From: an uncultured Ignavibacteriota bacterium
Lineage (GTDB): Bacteria; Bacteroidota; Ignavibacteria; UBA10030; UBA8401
NCBI GenBank assembly: GCA_903861125.1
Contig: CAIOTF010000003.1
Location: 13,274 to 77,273, forward strand
Length of the DNA stretch: 64,000 bases
Direction of reading: 5' to 3'
In this document: piece after piece, positions 38,101 to 46,574 of the stretch
Position numbering within the stretch: position 1 is the stretch's first letter
How the letters are laid out: each line of letters begins with the position of its first letter
Translations under genes and position numbers: made by a program
Notes under the pieces: generated by a model
The model's database searches: none
Told to the model about the DNA's origin: nothing
Seen by the model: the letters and a program-made list of their open reading frames with translations, nothing else

Positions 38101-38247
38101 AATGGAAAAGGTTTTGATGTTAATGAGCGAAGCAACGGGAACGGTCTGGAGAACATGCAGAACCGCGCTGCTGCCATCGGCGGCACGCTGCGCATACAAT
38201 CAAGCGCCGGAAACGGTTCGATGATAAAATTTTCTGGAAAGATTTAA
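35122..38247 (+). CDS. sensor histidine kinase with periplasmic two-component-regulator propeller + Y_Y_Y domain (HisKA_3 type)
   Basis: About 14 Reg_prop-like repeats ('G.LW.GT..GLN.fd'), a Y_Y_Y-like segment ('YAYKMEGFDKNW...YTNLDPGRYVFKV'), a TM segment ('WWFISLLVIVILSAIVSIVYV'), H-box 'ASDLHDDIGTRL' and ATPase 'GNGLENMQNRAAAIGGTL'. Confidence 0.85.
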   Translation: MKILPNLCRKISAGMLILVVISLTFGQTKKVKFDRISIEQGLSQSSVFSMMQDSKGFLWFGTLDGLNKYDGYTFTVYKSDPRNPNTLSNNTIVRIFEDKQGFLWIGTLGGGLNKFDESTERFTRYRYDPKDEKSISNDNVRSIFQDAAGQLWIGTNNGLNRYDFRNDSFIRYTHSDSSSNSISNNVIWSIFESTYEPGILWIGTYNGLNRFETGKGYFSVYRNDPMNKKSLSNNYIWSIIDHDSGSLWIGTNNGLNLFDKKKHTSVSFLHDPQNRQSISGNNVWTLLKDHHGTVYAGTLDGGLNKIVQLNNGTDYSFINYVHDAADPYSISHNFVWSIYEDRTGIIWLGTDVGLNKLDPNAAKFLHYKSEPHDPFSLSNNEITAIYRDHSGVLWIGTRAGLNRFDEKNERFIHYKHDPRNLFSISNNYIRSINEDRQGTLWIGTNGGGLNKYIRSKNIFHNMRNGNITTGISSNDIIHIQEDDDGTLWLATLAGLNKFDPATEKVKFYVKEQNNPKSLSHDYVYTTYETKDKTLWIGTLGGGLNKFDRESGTFTHFLEDPADTTSLSNNNVWCIHEDRNGTMWIGTNNGLNKFDRTKNSFTHYDENSGLVNNVIYGILEDDKGNLWLSSNKGLSCFHPGTGKIRNYSAGDGLQSNQFGGNDHFKDSRGYMYFGGINGFNMFYPDSIRDNPHIPPIVLTDFQIFNQSVSVGENSPLSHSINATRSITLAHSQNVFSIEFAALHFSSPQSNTYAYKMEGFDKNWISSGTRRFVTYTNLDPGRYVFKVIGSNNDGIWNRNGATIDIIISPPFWRTWWFISLLVIVILSAIVSIVYVQIRHLLAIERLRLKIASDLHDDIGTRLTEISLLSDMVYHGETDDPIIFKDSVRNIGGIARALIENMSDIVWLINPKRDSLYELFLKLKDGYEEILSYKKILLHINNLNFLETFFLPMEYRKNVYLIFKEAINNSIKHSGCSEISINTEIDGKYLTITMYDNGKGFDVNERSNGNGLENMQNRAAAIGGTLRIQSSAGNGSMIKFSGKI

Positions 38248-38266
38248 GGAAAGCAGTATCCGCACA

Positions 38267-38899
38267 ATGATCAAAGTCGTTATCGTAGAAGACAATAAAA
38301 TAATCAACGAATCACTCTCATTACTGATTAACAAAGCAGCGGGATTCTCCTGTGCCGGTTCTTTCCTTGATTGCGAAAGCATGCTGAAGAAAGTGAAGGA
38401 TCTGAAGCCTGATATTCTTCTGATGGACATCAAATTGCCGGGAATGAACGGAATAGACGGCGTGAAGATCGTAAAAGGAATATTGCCCGACCTGAATATT
38501 CTCATGCTGACCATCCACGAAGAGAACGACCTGATCTTCGACGCACTGTGTGCCGGCGCATGCGGTTATCTTGTAAAAAAAACTCATCCCGAACGGCTGC
38601 TGGAAGCAATCCAGGAAGCATACGAAGGGGGAGCTCCGATGAGTTCCCATATCGCCCGCAAAGTGACCCTCTTTTTTCAAAACAAGAAGAAACTGGCGGA
38701 AGATTCAACACTCCTCACCGATCGCGAATTGGAGATACTGAAGGAATTGATCAAAGGAAAGACCTATTATTCCATCGCTATGACGCTCAATATCAGCAAA
38801 GACACTGTCCGTTTTCATATCAAAAAGATCTACAAAAAACTTCACGTACACTCTCAGGCGGAAGCGGTGGCAAAGGCGATTAAGAAAGGATATGTTTAA
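38267..38899 (+). CDS. response regulator, NarL/LuxR family (REC + HTH)
   Basis: 'VVIVEDN', 'DILLMDIKLPGMNGIDG', C-terminal 'LTDRELEILKELIKGKTYYSIAMTLNISKDTVRFHIKKIYKKL'. Confidence 0.9.
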   Translation: MIKVVIVEDNKIINESLSLLINKAAGFSCAGSFLDCESMLKKVKDLKPDILLMDIKLPGMNGIDGVKIVKGILPDLNILMLTIHEENDLIFDALCAGACGYLVKKTHPERLLEAIQEAYEGGAPMSSHIARKVTLFFQNKKKLAEDSTLLTDRELEILKELIKGKTYYSIAMTLNISKDTVRFHIKKIYKKLHVHSQAEAVAKAIKKGYV

Positions 38900-38920
38900 T
38901 TGTGATCTTCCTTAGAATAG

Positions 38921-38951
38921 AAAACGGAGCTGGTTAGGCTCCGTTTTTTTT
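38921..38951 (+). terminator. rho-independent terminator after the response regulator
   Basis: AAAACGGAGC-TGGTTA-GGCTCCG followed by T8. Confidence 0.75.
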
Positions 38952-39380
38952 GTAACAATTTTGACTGGCTGATATTAGTTTTGTTTTGTTGTGAAATAGA
39001 TTGCTGATGGGTTTAATCGCATGAAGGAAATGTAAAGAAATTACTAAACTGATATTTAAATGTCTTGCAAGATTCGGATGATATTGTGAAGGCATCATTT
39101 AACAGCAATACATCTCTTTGTGTGTTGACAATAGAGTCTCAACTATGCATTCTCACAGGTATTCAATTTCTAATAATGTCGCAGACTTTTCAGTCTCTTT
39201 ATCTGCAAAATTTCTGAAGTTGGGGATGATTCTCTTCCTCCGGGAAGCATCGGAATAATCCGCACTGTCGCAATGTTTTTTAAGGTTTTGCAATTATTTC
39301 TTGATTATTTTGTTTGTGTATGGAATATATTTTTCCCTAATGATATTTCGCAAATGATTGAATAACAAAAAGGTGAGCAG

Positions 39381-40418
39381 ATGAACGGAAAACGTCAAGT
39401 ATATATCGGAACAGATAGTGGTGCAACCACATCAAAAACTGGAGGCGTGTGGGAAGATGGCACAACCATATCGACAAAATTGCTGCAGAAATCTACGAAC
39501 TCTGAATCGGGTCCGGCGGCGGTTGTTGCTGGGTGGATGGAAGGGATTAATGAATATTTGAATCTCAACAGCCTCACGTGGGATCAGGTAGCCGGTGTTG
39601 GTGTTGCAATGCCCGGAACATTTAAACGATACGGCGTGATGGACCGGCCGGCCAACCTTCCGGCAAACTTTGAGGGTTGGGATGTGTATACGGATTATAG
39701 TAACGCGTTGGCCAAACGCGCCGGACGCGCTATTCCGCTTGCTGTCGGGAATGACGGCAATTACGGCGGCGTTGCCGAAGCACAGCATGCGCGCGGCAAC
39801 AAAAAAAGTTCCGTCGTTATGCTTGCCCCCGGTTCGGGTTTAGGATGTGCATTTATCGATGCTCGCGGACTGCCGCTTGATGGCGATACATTAGCCGGTA
39901 TGGAAGCTGCTCACATTCCTGCACCGCTTCATCTTCTGGATACCAAAGCGTATCCATGCGGCTGCGGTCGTACGTGGGGATGCACCGAAGTGTACACAAC
40001 CATCTCAGGTCTCCCTTATCTACTGACTGAAAAACTGGCAAAGTATCCAGGTCACGAACTGGCAAAGTCACCGCTTAGTGCAAAAGAAAAAGCGTTGAGT
40101 CTGCGCGGACTGGCACAGAAAGGTGATCCGCTTGCAGTGGAGATTTTTGATTTTCAGGCGAAGGCGATGGGTTTGCTTGTTGCCACTCTTACCATGATAC
40201 TCGATGCGGAATTTGTTGTTATCGGCGGTGGTCTTATGGATCCTGAATCTACAACCGATGCATTCAGAGGTCGGTATCTAAAAGTTCTGCGTGAAACAAT
40301 GGAACCATATCTTTGGCCGGCACAGCGCGGACGCATCAATATTGTCCCGGCAGCGCTGGGTGAATTATCGCAAGCTATCGGTGCGGCGTTAGTGGCTCTG
40401 TATCAAAGCCGATCGTAA
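39381..40418 (+). CDS. ROK-family sugar kinase
   Basis: 345 aa. ATP motif 'IGTDSGATTSK', zinc motif 'CGCGRTWGCTEVY', and AGGTGA upstream of the ATG. Confidence 0.65.
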   Translation: MNGKRQVYIGTDSGATTSKTGGVWEDGTTISTKLLQKSTNSESGPAAVVAGWMEGINEYLNLNSLTWDQVAGVGVAMPGTFKRYGVMDRPANLPANFEGWDVYTDYSNALAKRAGRAIPLAVGNDGNYGGVAEAQHARGNKKSSVVMLAPGSGLGCAFIDARGLPLDGDTLAGMEAAHIPAPLHLLDTKAYPCGCGRTWGCTEVYTTISGLPYLLTEKLAKYPGHELAKSPLSAKEKALSLRGLAQKGDPLAVEIFDFQAKAMGLLVATLTMILDAEFVVIGGGLMDPESTTDAFRGRYLKVLRETMEPYLWPAQRGRINIVPAALGELSQAIGAALVALYQSRS

Positions 40419-40486
40419 AGAAGAAAATGATTGTGTGATATCTGCAGGTAGTGTAAAAATCAATAATTGATTTAGAACGGTAAATT

Positions 40487-40518
40487 AAAAACGGAGCTCT
40501 GAGGCTCCGTTTTTTTTA
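40487..40518. terminator. bidirectional rho-independent terminator between the ROK gene and rpoD
   Basis: A5-CGGAGC-TCTGA-GGCTCCG-T8. An A-run and a T-run flank the stem, and it lies between convergent genes. Confidence 0.75.
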
Positions 40519-40545
40519 TACACTTCTCGTGTTTCACTTACCTTG

Positions 40546-41403
40546 TTAACCCAAATAGGTCCGCAAATTTCTGCTTCGCGATTCATGACGCAGCCGGTGA
40601 ATTGCTTTTTCTTTAATCTGGCGTACGCGTTCACGTGTAAGGTTGAATTTCTCTCCGATTTCTTCAAGGGTAAGAGAATGCTCTTTGTGCAATCCAAAAT
40701 ATAAACGAATCACTTCGGATTCACGATCATTCAATGTTGCAAGAGCCCGTTTCACTTCATTTTTCAAAGATTCATCCATTAAGATAGCATCCGGAGCCAC
40801 CTGACGGTCATCTTTAATAACATCGAGCAGACTGTTCTCTTCACCCTGGGTTAAAGGAGCGTCCACAGAAATATGTCTTCCTGCAATGCTCATCGTGTCC
40901 GATACTTGGTGAACAGACATATTCAGTTCTTCTGCAAGTTCGCTTGTGCTCGGTACACGTTCATATTCCTGTTCAAGCTGGCTGAATGCTTTGCTGATTT
41001 TATTCAAATCTCCGACGCGGTTCAGCGGCAGGCGAACAATACGCGACTGTTCTGCAAGCGCCTGTAAAATAGACTGACGGATCCACCACACGGCATACGA
41101 AATGAATTTGAATCCGCGTGTCTCATCAAACCGTTTTGCTCCTTTAATCAGACCAAGATTTCCTTCATTAATCAGATCACCCAGCGATAATCCCTGGTTC
41201 TGAAATTGCTTTGCCACGCTCACCACAAACCGAAGATTCGCCTTCGTCAACTTCTCGAGTGCAGCCTGATCTCCTTTTTTGATCCGCTTTGCAAGTTCAA
41301 TCTCTTCCTGGGGATTCAGCAATTCAACTTTACCGATCTCGTGCAAATAATTATCCAGCGACTTACTCTCTCTGTTTGTATACTGCTTTGTTGTTTTAGC
41401 CAT
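40546..41403 (-). CDS. rpoD: RNA polymerase primary sigma factor (short Bacteroidota/Ignavibacteriota-type sigma-70)
   Basis: 285 aa. Region 2 '[57 protein letters not shown]', region 3 and region 4.2 '[28 protein letters not shown]'. Confidence 0.9.
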   Translation of the reverse strand: MAKTTKQYTNRESKSLDNYLHEIGKVELLNPQEEIELAKRIKKGDQAALEKLTKANLRFVVSVAKQFQNQGLSLGDLINEGNLGLIKGAKRFDETRGFKFISYAVWWIRQSILQALAEQSRIVRLPLNRVGDLNKISKAFSQLEQEYERVPSTSELAEELNMSVHQVSDTMSIAGRHISVDAPLTQGEENSLLDVIKDDRQVAPDAILMDESLKNEVKRALATLNDRESEVIRLYFGLHKEHSLTLEEIGEKFNLTRERVRQIKEKAIHRLRHESRSRNLRTYLG

Positions 41404-41939
41404 TACGCTCCCTTTTATTTATCAGTATTTGCATTCAATACTTAGTTGAACAATCAATATAGTGAAGTAGTTCTCATTAGACGTAATAAAAATGGTTAAA
41501 TTCTATTCATAAATCGTGTTTTTGCTCTTTCTGTCTCTTTTAGACTACTTTAACCGGTAAAAAGTTCAATCCGGATAACGAAATATGCGGATTTATGTGA
41601 TAAAATAGCCAAGAATATTCGTCAAAGGCTTCTAAAAAACTAGTTCAACATCATCGTTTCCCCGGAGGTTTTATGGACTTTTCGAGGGTCCCTTCGCGAC
41701 GAAATATCTTACACTTCATAATCAGAGAAAAATGCTGTTTTCCGCCTGACCTTAGGCAGGCTCGCAGCTCCATCCCCGGCCATCGTTGGTCGGAAGGCGA
41801 ATATATAAAATTTTTTGAGGAGTCTCTGTGTATTGTGTGACCTTTATTACAAACCGTGACCACAATTTTGATTAGTTTATACTTCGTAAACGTTGTCAAC
41901 ATAAATAACAAATCTCAAACTATAATGAACGGTTAATGC

Positions 41940-42494
41940 ATGAAATTTCTTTTGAAAAGTTTACCTTTGCTAATAATATCTTTTGCTTTTTTTCAGGGAT
42001 GCGATAAAACTGATAATCCAGCCAGTGCATCCACTCTGCAAACCTCAAATGGTTTCAGCTTTGTTATTAATGGCGGAGAGTACAAAAATAAAACAGTGAC
42101 AATCACCAGTCCTGCATCAGACTCAATAGGTGCTGTATATTTCACCAACAAGGATACTACGGCAATTGTCCTGAGCGGGAAAATAGATACTACTACCTTC
42201 AACCTCGTATTAACGTTCAAGGGTAAACAAGCAAAAACAATTGCGATGGACTCGACTGTGTTCGAAAGTGATCCTGTTGTTCTCCTGGAAAGTCCGACTG
42301 TATTTGCTCTTTATGTCGGCATCAACGGCACTACCAATGTAGATACCTATGGTTCTGTTGGGGAGTTTGTAAGCGGAAGATTCTCCGGAACTTTTACAGG
42401 CGTTAGATTTTCAACAACAGGTTTGGATACAGTTCGTGCGACAATTTCAAATGGAATATTCTCCGCGCGACGTCTTGCTGACCGCTTGAAGTAA
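41940..42494 (+). CDS. hypothetical lipoprotein
   Basis: 184 aa. Signal peptide with a lipobox-like 'AFFQGC'. No recognisable domain. Confidence 0.45.
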   Translation: MKFLLKSLPLLIISFAFFQGCDKTDNPASASTLQTSNGFSFVINGGEYKNKTVTITSPASDSIGAVYFTNKDTTAIVLSGKIDTTTFNLVLTFKGKQAKTIAMDSTVFESDPVVLLESPTVFALYVGINGTTNVDTYGSVGEFVSGRFSGTFTGVRFSTTGLDTVRATISNGIFSARRLADRLK

Positions 42495-42573
42495 CACGAG
42501 TTCCCCCGCCAATACGGGATCAACTGTTGGTGTAAAATAATAATTACGTTTTTGATAACTGCTATTAAATAAT

Positions 42574-42598
42574 AAACGGAGATGATGAGTCTCCGTTT
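42574..42598. terminator. bidirectional hairpin between convergent genes
   Basis: AAACGGAGA-TGATGA-GTCTCCGTTT. The stem is related to the two terminators at 38921 and 40487, but the U-tract is weak. Confidence 0.5.
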
Positions 42599-42625
42599 AT
42601 TGTTGCTACTCTTCCTTATCTACCA

Positions 42626-45226
42626 TTATCTCATTAGCACCATTTTCTTCGTTTCCACAAATATTTTTCCTGTATTCCGTACTGATATTACTTCAATCCT
42701 GTAGAAATACATCCCCGATGAAAGCTCCGATGCATTAAAACTATGTTCGTAAGAACCGGTATCTTTTGTTTCACTGATTAACTCAGATATTTTTTGCCCG
42801 AGAGTGTTATAAATAGAAAGTCGGACATGACTTCGTTCAGAGATACTGTATCTTAATGTTGTTGACGGATTGAAGGGGTTTGGATAGTTATCCCCAAGGA
42901 TAGGTGTATTCCGCACTGCCACGGAGAGATCGTTAACCGCTGATGGAATCGTTTCGTACAGGGCAATGTTGCATAAAAAAACATATGCGTTGAATATTCC
43001 GCAATTAAACGAAACCCTTGCGCGGTAATCGGTCGGATTTTGCATGGTAAAAGGAAAAGAAAAATGCTTTTTCACAACCGGCAACAAGATCGTGCTTGTG
43101 CGGCTGTAATTCGTATAGGGAGAAGCATTCATTTCTACTTTCACATCAATCGTGCGTTGTGCGGATGCATACGCGTCAAATTCAAACATATATTTCTTCC
43201 CCCAGACGATTTCGAGATTCGGCTGAAGAAACTGTACACTCCACACGTAGGCTCCCCCTTTTTGTATATAGAGAAAACACTCTCCGGTTTGCAGTACTGA
43301 CATTTTTGAAACTGCACTATCGTAATTATCCAATTGCCAATGGGTAATACCCTGGGAGAAATTACCGTTGAGCAGTAAATTATCGCCGGGCAGAATATAT
43401 TTCACCAGCATGCTCTCTTCGTTCGAGTAATTACTTTCGTGCCCCTTGCTATCAACAGAGGTTACGCGAAAATAATATAGCTTCCCATTCTCCAGCGTCG
43501 ATAAATCAATTGATGATTTTCCGCTTGCGGCAATAAGCGTTGTAGGTTTTGGGGATACACCGGCGTAAACATTATACTGCACCACGTCGGAATCGCCGAA
43601 GGAATTGAAGAACAATGTTATCCTATCAAGATGCGGTTCGACAACCAGATAGGGAGCATTCGCTTTTCCCTTCCATAATGAGCGGTTAGTGCGATAGCTC
43701 ACGGCAGGAATCACAAAATCCATCTCAAACAATTTTGTGCCGTCTGATGCCACTTCGGTCGCCTTGGGGGCAGACTGGTCGGCCCAGTCGATAAGCGTAG
43801 AGCCGTTCGGAAGACGTTGAACGCTTCCCATCCATCCGGAATAGAAGTCGGGAGTATTTCTGTACTGCCAAACCATTTCCGCTGACTTTGTAAGAGTATC
43901 AATTTTGTACTCAACAGCCCGCGAAAACTTATTCGTCCGGAGGTCGCCGTTATCGAAGAGAGTATATGTTCCGGTTGATGTTGCGCGGATATCATGCTGG
44001 TAGGAGAACGCTAATGGCTTGTTCTGATAGGTGAATGTATTCGGGTCCTTCGAAAATGTGAACTGATTACTTTTTCCCCCTAACCGCCACATGATGCTGC
44101 CCGTTGTGCGGTTGATTTTTGTGATTTCACTCATATTGCGACACGAAACAACAAGATTGCCGTCCGTATCAATGTCGATGGCATTCATATGGACATAATC
44201 AAAGAATGCATCGGTAAGATTGGCATCAATGCTCTCAGTGATCTTATAGTGATCCCAGCAGCGCCACTCGAAGACAACGTTTTTCGCAGCATCCAATTCC
44301 AGCACATGATTGCCGAGAACCGATGCGTGCGTATTTCCTCCGGCAACATATTTACTCATGTCGATGGTTTGAACTTCCGATCCGATCAGCAGCATATGTC
44401 CGTTCGGAAGTATCCGTAATTCATGTTCGTTGGGTGTATAACCATGCACCGAGACAATTGAATCGACCAGTGTATAGGTAGAATCCAAAATGTAGTATCT
44501 GTTAATATTGCTCTGAATATAGTACGAAAGCCGGCCGTCCGGATGAACCTTAAAATCGTACGCGTTCCCAAGTACCTTCCGGTAAAAAATCGGATTGGCG
44601 GCATTGTCGAAAATTAACAGATAGGGATTTCCATTCCACATATTGCTCATGAAAAGATAGCCTGAATCGGGGCGGCTGGAGACATTGATCTTCACCGCGG
44701 GGAAATCCGAAGGGACTGAAACTTTCATTCCGTTAGTAAGTTCTTTATGTACAACATTATTTGGCGAGTTCTCTTCCCTTTGTTGTGCGACTGATTGAAA
44801 TTGCGCTATGTTGACCGGAACATAATCCGTTTTCGGAGATATCACAAAATAATAGATGAGAGATGAATAGTGTTGCTCTGCGGTTGTTTTTATTCCTTCT
44901 TGTATCCTCACGAACACAGTTTCAGCGGGAACAAATTCATCGGTCGGTTTCCAGATGATCGTTTTCTGGTCATCCGAGATGATAATGCGTCCGTTATGCG
45001 TTCCGCTGGCGCTTCCGCTGACAGAGAAAAGAGAGGCAAGCTCTTGTTCCGATGAGAGCAGCTTTTCACCCGGACGGACGATAACGGTTGTGTACTTCGA
45101 AACCAGTGATGAGCCGAGAAGAGGATGCAGATACTGAAATTGCGTTTGTTGATCCTGTGCATGTACCGCGATGACGGAAGAGAGTTGAAAAACGGCGTAC
45201 ACAATTGTCTGTAGGAAATATTTCAT
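42626..45226 (-). CDS. arylsulfotransferase-like (Arylsulfotran_2) beta-propeller protein + FN3 + CBM-like domain + T9SS C-terminal domain
   Basis: Signal peptide. 'DYVHMNAIDIDTDGNLVVSCRNMSEITKINRTTGSIMWRLGGKSNQFTF' matches the ASST-type pattern. 'YYFRVTSVD' is FN3-like. 'NLLLNGNFSQGITHWQ' is CBM4_9-like. 'DNYPNPFNPSTTLRYSI' is the tail. Confidence 0.65.
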   Translation of the reverse strand: MKYFLQTIVYAVFQLSSVIAVHAQDQQTQFQYLHPLLGSSLVSKYTTVIVRPGEKLLSSEQELASLFSVSGSASGTHNGRIIISDDQKTIIWKPTDEFVPAETVFVRIQEGIKTTAEQHYSSLIYYFVISPKTDYVPVNIAQFQSVAQQREENSPNNVVHKELTNGMKVSVPSDFPAVKINVSSRPDSGYLFMSNMWNGNPYLLIFDNAANPIFYRKVLGNAYDFKVHPDGRLSYYIQSNINRYYILDSTYTLVDSIVSVHGYTPNEHELRILPNGHMLLIGSEVQTIDMSKYVAGGNTHASVLGNHVLELDAAKNVVFEWRCWDHYKITESIDANLTDAFFDYVHMNAIDIDTDGNLVVSCRNMSEITKINRTTGSIMWRLGGKSNQFTFSKDPNTFTYQNKPLAFSYQHDIRATSTGTYTLFDNGDLRTNKFSRAVEYKIDTLTKSAEMVWQYRNTPDFYSGWMGSVQRLPNGSTLIDWADQSAPKATEVASDGTKLFEMDFVIPAVSYRTNRSLWKGKANAPYLVVEPHLDRITLFFNSFGDSDVVQYNVYAGVSPKPTTLIAASGKSSIDLSTLENGKLYYFRVTSVDSKGHESNYSNEESMLVKYILPGDNLLLNGNFSQGITHWQLDNYDSAVSKMSVLQTGECFLYIQKGGAYVWSVQFLQPNLEIVWGKKYMFEFDAYASAQRTIDVKVEMNASPYTNYSRTSTILLPVVKKHFSFPFTMQNPTDYRARVSFNCGIFNAYVFLCNIALYETIPSAVNDLSVAVRNTPILGDNYPNPFNPSTTLRYSISERSHVRLSIYNTLGQKISELISETKDTGSYEHSFNASELSSGMYFYRIEVISVRNTGKIFVETKKMVLMR

Positions 45227-45394
45227 TGTACAAAATCAGTATAAATTGCAGAAGATACAACCGGTAAGAAACTGCAGCCTTCCATGCATGAAAAAAAATA
45301 TTTTATCACGCCGGATCATTTTTTGTAGTCAGGTGAGAGATATCGTATGCAAATACGATGGAAATATTTTTGCGGAATTTATGAAGTGAAATGC

Positions 45395-46537
45395 TTACGG
45401 CGCCATCATGGATGGTACGATGTTATACAAAAATCCGTACGTTCCGGTTCCATTGCTCGTAATAAGTCCAAACCACCCGCGATCGTCCCAAACGGTTATG
45501 GCCATATTTTCGCCGAGGGCAGCGAGACGCATTGTGCGGTAATATTCTCTCACCACATCGGTATTCCGTTCGGCGCTATTGGCAGAGCGTCCGACTCCGA
45601 GTTCGCCATAATGCACGGGCACGCCAAGAAGTTTTGAATGAACTGCTACTTTGCTGACGGCACTTTTCAAAGAGGTGCTCCCCGGCCAGGAGGTATTGCT
45701 GCCCGTTTCGCCGCAGAATGACCAGGGATCATAGGTGTGGACCTGAATGGCCACATACGGATCTAACACTCCTCCGGGAAGGCTTGCCGTATTCGGGTAG
45801 ACCTCTTCGATCTGCGATTGATTCCCCTGTCCGTTCGTTGAGATCATAATAATTCTTTTCGTGTTACCCCCTCCGGTCTCTCGAATTGCTTTGTAACCGA
45901 TATAATTGATCTTGCGTGTTAATGCAAGCGCTGTAGCATTGTTTGGCGTTGGTCCTCCGTTCCAATCTCCGAACACTCCATCCGGTTCGTTGAGCACTTC
46001 GAAAATAAGGTGATCAGAATATCCCTTAAAATAGTTTGCGATTCCTCGCCAAAGATTTGTAAAGATGGAATCATGTGCGGCGGATCCGTCATAATTATCT
46101 TTTAGCCAATGCTCGTGATGCGTATTGACGACCACATACATCTTACGTTCAAGAGCATAATCTATCACGGCCTTCAATTGGATAAAGCGCGGGTGCTGAT
46201 AATTGACGGTGCCGGCGGTGTTGGCAAGCGTACTGCCGTTAAATCCTTCCCTCCAGGTAACCGGAATCCGGACATGCCGCAGCCCGGCAGTATAATACAG
46301 ATCAATAATCGGCCGAATACTTTCGATCGTCGTTGGATTCTGCGCAAGATCGAATGTGTTGCCCAAATTGAATCCTGTTCCCATCGCAAGGATCACCGAC
46401 GCCGCAGTTTGCGCCGTCGATGTATCATTCACCGTAGGATCCTTTTTCGGGGCTGTGGTCTGTTCCTGTGAACAGGAAAGAAGTCCAATAATTAAAAGAA
46501 TGGTTATTGACATGCCGAAGCGTTGTATACTTTTCAT
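45395..46537 (-). CDS. GH5 glycoside hydrolase (cellulase family) lipoprotein
   Basis: The ATG at 46537 gives MKSIQRFGMSITILLIIGLLSCSQ (lipobox). 'GFNLGNTFD', 'HVRIPVTW', 'VVVNTHHEHW', acid/base motif 'IFEVLNEP'. The track start at 46588 would overlap the upstream gene. Confidence 0.8.
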   Translation of the reverse strand: MKSIQRFGMSITILLIIGLLSCSQEQTTAPKKDPTVNDTSTAQTAASVILAMGTGFNLGNTFDLAQNPTTIESIRPIIDLYYTAGLRHVRIPVTWREGFNGSTLANTAGTVNYQHPRFIQLKAVIDYALERKMYVVVNTHHEHWLKDNYDGSAAHDSIFTNLWRGIANYFKGYSDHLIFEVLNEPDGVFGDWNGGPTPNNATALALTRKINYIGYKAIRETGGGNTKRIIMISTNGQGNQSQIEEVYPNTASLPGGVLDPYVAIQVHTYDPWSFCGETGSNTSWPGSTSLKSAVSKVAVHSKLLGVPVHYGELGVGRSANSAERNTDVVREYYRTMRLAALGENMAITVWDDRGWFGLITSNGTGTYGFLYNIVPSMMAP

Positions 46538-46574
46538 AATTTTAGAAAATATTAAACCTGCAGGGAACGCCCGC

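Noticed and set aside
38952-39380. 430-nt AT-rich region upstream of the ROK kinase, considered as a possible ncRNA, riboswitch or mobile-element remnant.
   Set aside because: I could detect no inverted or direct repeats, conserved riboswitch cores or ORF remnants. It is most simply a promoter or leader region.
40485-40697. 70-aa minus-strand ORF overlapping the 3' end of rpoD and the terminator.
   Set aside because: It is out of frame with the well-supported rpoD CDS and spans a terminator hairpin.
41725-41800. Resemblance to SRP (4.5S) RNA: minus-strand 'AAGGUCAGGCGGAAAACAGC' and 'GCCGGGGAUGGAGCUGCGAG'.
   Set aside because: The two blocks are in the wrong order relative to 4.5S RNA. The GGAA cannot be closed into the conserved GNRA-capped helix 8, and no terminal 5'/3' pairing is evident.
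41651-41911. 86-aa minus-strand ORF in the rpoD upstream spacer.
   Set aside because: No ribosome-binding site, an odd composition and no motifs. The region is better explained as non-coding (see finding).
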